A DNA stretch of 64,000 nt from NCBI RefSeq assembly GCF_009914755.1, contig NC_060936.1. One strand, written 5' to 3'. Of the stretch, positions 59,741-64,000 are shown one piece after another. The notes under the pieces are model-generated. The model saw only the letters and a list, made by a program, of their open reading frames with translations, was not told the origin of the DNA and did not search any database. This stretch comes from the human T2T-CHM13v2.0 reference genome, Homo sapiens. A program made the translations under genes and the position numbers. Positions within the stretch are counted from its first letter, which is position 1, and every line of letters starts with the position of its first letter.

Positions 59741-60382
59741 CTAGAAGAGAGAATGGGGAGGGTGAGGAGACAGTCACTGGAACTAACGCAGGCCAAAGAT
59801 GCAGAACCAGAACAGGAAAACCTAACGCAACAAAATGGAGAGTTCAAGAATACAATTATTTTTATAAGAGTATAAAAAAGTCCTTAAATTTGCAAAAGTT
59901 GTTTACTTTTTCTTCTTTAAAACCAAGTACTAAGTGGCAGGAGGTGGGGCAGTTAGTTCACATGTCACAATTTAATCACATGAAAATCTGCTAAAGGCCT
60001 AGAATTGCCACTATAAGATTTTGATTTGGTTAAAATATTTAGGACAGTGGCTGCCAAAAATATTTACATAGGAAACACCCCCACTTTCCAAACGAAATTC
60101 TATGGAATTACAATAAATAAATAATATAGAAGCAACATTGTTCTGCTTGAATAGGGGGTCAGACTTATTTGATTTATATCTAATATCTAAATTTATTGCT
60201 TGTGAGACGATGTACTTTCATGTTTCCATTCCTCAGTTTTTCCATCTGTAACTTGCTGGTCTTAATTATACCTGCTTCATAAGTTCATTGGGAGTGTTGG
60301 ATGATATGATACATGTGCACCACTTGGCACATAGTAAATGCTCAGTAAAAATTATCTAATATAATTACCACTAATATATTTA

Positions 60383-61480
<1,098 letters not shown>

Positions 61481-62267
61481 CCAAGGATATGAGAAGAGTT
61501 TGTGGGTAGGAAAATGGAAAAAGTCCATCATATTCCATGCCACCCTCAGATTTGACTATTACTCTGTTGTCTATGTGGCTAAATAAAGAGAATTTCAGGA
61601 ATCCAACGGGAAAAAAAGAGCACATCATATCTCCCTGAGGAATATCGTCTTTAAATCAAATATCATGGGCCAGGCTAGGTACTTGGACAATGCAAGGATG
61701 AATAAGATATTTCCTGCTTTTACATTAGCCATTCGTACCCTCATCAGACCATTTTTAGTGGCTGCCTGATGATCCGCAGCACAGATGTGGTCATAAATTC
61801 TTTAACCAATACCCTAGTGATGGGTATGTTGCTTCTTGTTTTTCTGCCACTAGAAATAACGGTCAGCAATATACATAAAGTTTTGCCTACTTGTCTAACT
61901 GATTTCTCAGAATAAATGCCTAGGGGTCAAATTGTTTAATCAGAAACTACCCTTTAAAGATTCTCTATATATTGTCCCATTGCCTTCCAGAAAGTCTATA
62001 CTCATCTCTTCTATCTTCCCACTAGAGGATCCATGTTTCTCACCTGTACCACCTTTAAGGATTTTCAATATTCTTGACTTGACAGATGAAAACAGCAAAT
62101 AACTCATTGTTCAATTTTTTATTTAACTGCTGATGACACTAAACATTTTTCCTAGGTTTAGTGGCCATTTGCATTTCTTTTATGAATTATCAGTTTATAC
62201 CATTTTCTTATTATAGAGATTTTTTACTGATTTGTAATAATTTTTTATATTTTCATATTAACTCTCA

Positions 62268-62273
62268 TATATA

Positions 62274-62314
<41 letters not shown>
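62268..62314. repeat. (TG)n(TA)n microsatellite
   Basis: Direct reading. Confidence 0.9.
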
Positions 62315-62318
<4 letters not shown>

Positions 62319-64000
62319 CAAACTGACATTTATTCTTGGCTATTCTTAAACACCTCAGTGAAAAAACAATTTTTAAAATGCTCTCAAAAAATGTTGGAAC
62401 ATCACAAGTATAAATAGTCTTAGAGTTTTTAAGGAATGTAGCTGTGATGCATTATCAGAAAAAAGGCAATAACTTCTTTCTCAAAGGCAATAACTGCCTG
62501 AGTATCAGAGTTTGCTTGATGTCTCAAATGTCCCTAATTGTAGAACCAAATTCCTTGGACTCCTCTGGATTACTATGGCATCTGCTGAGTGCTAGGTGCA
62601 AAATCACCAGACATAAATAAGAAGCACAAGGTGGGTTGTATAATTTGTCCAAATGCATCCTCTAAAAAATATTAGGCTGGATGACTCAAGAGTTTTATTT
62701 ACAACTCTCTTGTCCCTTTCCAAGAATGGGCTGTGGGGGACTGGAGCTCATCTGTAATTATGCCACAGTTTTCTTGTAAAACCTGGACTCTTTACACTGG
62801 TTCTGAAGCAGAAATGAACTAAAAAATGAATGTTGGTCAGCAGCAACACTTGGCAAAGTCTACTAAAATACACTGAACCCCCAACACAAAGATTTCAACC
62901 TGCAGTCATCAGTCAGTGTTTTCCTGCTGGAAGCACTTGCTAAGCATGGAAGCATCCCACTCCCACATTCGTGCAAAGAGCTGGGAAGCTGCTTTCATTA
63001 AATGCCATAAAAATGTGAAAATAATGATTATTTACTACAGCTTCTCAATTTCAGTGTCTTTAGATGGGATATTTTAGCTCTTATGGTTATTACAAAAACA
63101 AAGTCATTTATTTTAGTTGGTCCTCTAACATAAATGCCCAGCAAATCATCTGCTACTTAGTCAGAAAGTATGTGATTTCCTTAGTAATGCTATTTATTTT
63201 GGAGAAAACCAAGGAGTATCATATACACTTTATTAAAACAAACAAACACATAATAGGGGTTATTCCAATATTTAAATGGACAGAAAGTATCTGAAAATAT
63301 AACTAAATAACTCTAAAATTTCAAAAAATTAAAATTCACTGAACTTGTAGTTGAAGAGGTGTATCTTTTGCCTTGATCATTAACGGTATAAGGTTCAAAA
63401 GAACTGTAGTGATGCCTTTTCATACTTAAGTAACACTTTATAGTATAGAATTCTTTTCTGTGACCATCCCAACAATCCTTTGAAAAGGTTAAGGGAGACA
63501 TAAAAAAATAAAATCAGAGATGAAGGTGCTTGGCCGCAAGTAGCTAGAGAGCGAGGCCCATTTTTTTTCTAATTTCAGTCATTAGTTTTTTAACCACACT
63601 GCCTTTCCTGCCAGGCATACATACAGTGAGCACTCCACAAATATCAACTTTGATTATTATTACTACCATTATGTCAAACACAAATAATTAAAACCTCTGG
63701 GTGTAGTAAATATAATAAGTAACCTCAAACAGGCTCACGGTGCAGCCATTATTTATGGCTCCAACTGCAGACAACACACCCCTGAGGGCTGTGGCTAGGG
63801 AAACCCACAGAGGGGACCCCACTAGGGAGAGAGAGAATAGTGAGGAGGTAATGCCAGAGAGATATAGATAGATCTGAAGCTTTCTCTGGCAAACAGAGAT
63901 TACTTGTTAAACAAAGCAAAGAGCAATGTCATCCTTCTTGGCTCAGGAATAAAGAGAATGGGTAGGTTCCACCTACTATTTACCTAAGATGAAACTTCAA

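Overview
Human genomic DNA covering most of PAH (phenylalanine hydroxylase) on the minus strand. Exons 3-13 were each placed to the base by GT/AG boundaries and read-through translation. The window also holds the 3' UTR with two poly(A) signals and about 1.9 kb of 3' flank; it ends inside intron 2, so exons 1-2 lie off the right edge. The coding sequence reads as wild type. The introns carry 8 Alus (a ninth is in the 3' flank), a near-full-length L1PA4/5-type element fused to an older L1 3' end, L2/MIR/MLT2/MER fossils and several tandem repeats, including the intron-3 (TCTA)n STR; the classical 30-bp VNTR lies in the 3' flank. Most notable observations: (1) a >=345-bp non-Alu inverted duplication bracketing exons 12-13, whose intron-11 copy holds an in-frame 66-nt cryptic exon with its donor folded into a hairpin by a U1-mimic sequence; (2) a 35-bp minisatellite grown out of an L2, presenting about 20 acceptor-like motifs on the pre-mRNA; (3) latent pseudoexons visible in introns 6, 10 and 11; (4) two direct Alus 4765 bp apart around exon 3; (5) a candidate HNF1/FOXA/ONECUT enhancer in intron 3. 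No prokaryotic-type systems or RNA genes were recognised. Almost all ORFs in the supplied track are spurious.
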